Of a stretch of 57,556 nucleotides of DNA, positions 55,969 to 57,556 are shown one piece after another. The stretch comes from a virus (taxonomy: Duplodnaviria; Caudoviricetes). The notes under the pieces are model-generated. The model was not told the origin of the DNA, did no database searches, and saw nothing but the letters and a program-made list of their open reading frames with translations. The stretch spans positions 1-57,556 of IMG/VR virus record IMGVR_UViG_3300042868_002472; one strand, given 5' to 3'. Made by a program: the position numbers and the translations under genes. The first letter of the stretch is position 1, and every line of letters begins with the position of its first letter.

Positions 55969-56050
55969 GTAGTCCTCACGGTTGATGGCAGCTGTTACAG
56001 CGTGCCCAATTTTTTAATATTATGCCCTATAATCAGCACAAATAAAACTA

Positions 56051-56392
56051 CTATTTTTTAGCTTTGCCACCACACATAAGCATAGGGACACGAGGATCAC
56101 GACCGGCTACCATAGCTGGGCCACGAACAACGCGCTTTTGAACCATCTCCTCGCGCTGCATGCGAGGTGTCTCCATAGACTCGTGCTTTACCATTGCCTT
56201 GCGACTAGCATAACGTTCGCCAGTGGCTTTCTCAAGCACCTTGCCGCCCTTTTTAAGTTTGGTCAAAGGCTCACCCTTGTGCATGGCCTTTTCATGCTTG
56301 TGAACAGCAGACTTAACCATAGCCTTGTCTTGTTTTAAATCAATCTTGCCACCTTCAGCAAACTTAAACTCTTTAACGTATGTACATGCCAT
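56051..56392 (-). CDS. small basic protein with three xxxGG motifs
   Basis: KFAEGGKI, KLKKGGKV and MLMCGGKA. Also VHKHEKAMH. Confidence 0.65.
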   Translation of the reverse strand: MACTYVKEFKFAEGGKIDLKQDKAMVKSAVHKHEKAMHKGEPLTKLKKGGKVLEKATGERYASRKAMVKHESMETPRMQREEMVQKRVVRGPAMVAGRDPRVPMLMCGGKAKK

Positions 56393-56403
56393 GATGTTTT
56401 TCC

Positions 56404-57036
56404 TTAATAAGTGTAAGCAATAGGGCCTTGGTTAGCAACAAAAGTGCTACCAGGGATAATTGCGCCTAATGTACCGAATGTTCCTGCAGAAGAGTTAGTG
56501 ACTGATAGATATGCACTGCCTTCACCCCCAGGGATTGTTCTGAACTTAGCTGTAGTACCGTTAAATTGAACAGCAACGTAGCAATAATTAGGGCCTAGTA
56601 CACTTTCAGGTGCAGTAAATGCGACCTGCTGTATGTTGTTAGTGCCTGTCACTGTAGCGCCAGCTAGTGCTGAATTAGCTAACAATGCACCAGCATTGTC
56701 ATATAGCGCAACAATAACTTTGTCTGTGCCTGCAACAGACCCTGTTAAATAGCCAATGCCTGTTAATGTTATGCTGTGTGGTATATAAACACTTGCCCAG
56801 TAAATGTCACCATTTGAGCATGCACTATCAGTCCCACCAGCAAGTGCGCCTAATAGAGGGTATGTAGCAAAGAACGGGAGTGCATTCGTCACACTCACGC
56901 TCGGCGTTACATTCGTATAGGCTTTAATCTGGTCAGCCGTTACTTGTACTGACACCCCTGATTGAACTGACTCAAACGGGTCGGAAGCCGAGACTGCCGA
57001 TCCCGCTGTTAGATCCGTGATATTAACGTTAGCCAT
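56404..57036 (-). CDS. virion structural protein
   Basis: MANVNITDL N-terminus. Beta-rich C-terminal domain (VALYDNAG). Confidence 0.6.
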   Translation of the reverse strand: MANVNITDLTAGSAVSASDPFESVQSGVSVQVTADQIKAYTNVTPSVSVTNALPFFATYPLLGALAGGTDSACSNGDIYWASVYIPHSITLTGIGYLTGSVAGTDKVIVALYDNAGALLANSALAGATVTGTNNIQQVAFTAPESVLGPNYCYVAVQFNGTTAKFRTIPGGEGSAYLSVTNSSAGTFGTLGAIIPGSTFVANQGPIAYTY

Positions 57037-57045
57037 GATAACCCC

Positions 57046-57465
57046 TTACCAAGTAGACGGATTAGCGTACGTTTTAATGCACTCTAAGATGATTGTGTAT
57101 CGATCACCAGCTGTAGCACCAGTAGTTGTGAATAACACATCGCCTGTTTTGCCTGTGCTAGAATTATTTGGAATGCCTCCAAAGTCAGAGAAGCACATCT
57201 TGTACATCACATCTGCCGGAACAGTATCAGCGATAACGTTAGTGTCTGCATCCCAAAGGATGTCAACCGCCATGCCATAAGTTTGTGCCCAGATTTTATT
57301 AATCTTTACACCATTGCACGCGTGGCCGTAAGTGTCAGGGTTAAGTGTTGAAACATCTACCTTAACAACAGCAGTTTCGCCTGTGCCATCAGAGATGTTT
57401 GTGAATTTTTGAATGACAAGTCTCTCGCCATCAAGGATTGTTTGTGTTGTTACTGCATCTGCCAT
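57046..57465 (-). CDS. conserved virion hypothetical protein
   Basis: MADAVTTQT...KFTNISDGTGE..V.KVDVS...FGGIPNN...TGD...YTIILE. AGGAG RBS. Confidence 0.65.
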   Translation of the reverse strand: MADAVTTQTILDGERLVIQKFTNISDGTGETAVVKVDVSTLNPDTYGHACNGVKINKIWAQTYGMAVDILWDADTNVIADTVPADVMYKMCFSDFGGIPNNSSTGKTGDVLFTTTGATAGDRYTIILECIKTYANPSTW

Positions 57466-57466
57466 G

Positions 57467-57556
57467 CTATTCTCCTAAATCAGTAGAGGGTGTTTCAAGT
57501 CGGTTGATCAACATTTGATAAGCCACGATAGTCGCTTGGGCTTGAATAACGAAAGT
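57467..57556 (-). CDS. 3' end of a small helical protein, 5'-truncated
   Basis: Open frame ...TFVIQAQATIVAYQMLINRLETPSTDLGE*, with its stop just before the next ATG. Confidence 0.5.
   Translation of the reverse strand, partial: TFVIQAQATIVAYQMLINRLETPSTDLGE

Noticed and set aside
1-57556. Exact circularity or terminal repeats
   Set aside because: No end overlap is visible. Joining the ends would leave the right-end ORF without a start, so some sequence is missing.

Overview
This window looks like a nearly complete, circularly permuted genome of a lytic tailed dsDNA phage with podovirus-type gene content: a P22-like portal, ejection proteins and no tape measure or tail tube. No integrase, tRNA or CRISPR array was seen. 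The minus strand carries packaging and virion genes (terS, terL, a 1100-aa modular protein, portal, GroES-like co-chaperonin, scaffold, capsid, adaptors, fibres, ejection proteins, lysis). A visibly GC-richer block at about 13.8-22.1 kb holds replication genes (primase-helicase, DUF2800-like nuclease, SSB, family-B-like DNA polymerase, VRR-NUC, SNF2 helicase), followed by many tiny early ORFs. Four things stand out. (1) An 11-kb cassette in the tail region interleaves three RCC1/BLIP-II beta-propeller proteins (28 blades, 26 with an exact RSSP motif) with an ADP-heptose pathway (hldA/hldC/hldD plus a cupin), a sulfotransferase-GT9 fusion, an APS-kinase-like protein, a GT25 and a methyltransferase; this is a candidate virion glycosylation/sulfation system. 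(2) A recurrent [FYMK]-x-x-G-G peptide marks module boundaries in five putative internal virion proteins. (3) A double-pseudoknot RNA leader lies downstream of the capsid gene. (4) There are two separate operator/promoter families and an iteron-bearing origin. All family assignments come from motif recognition by eye; no database search was run.
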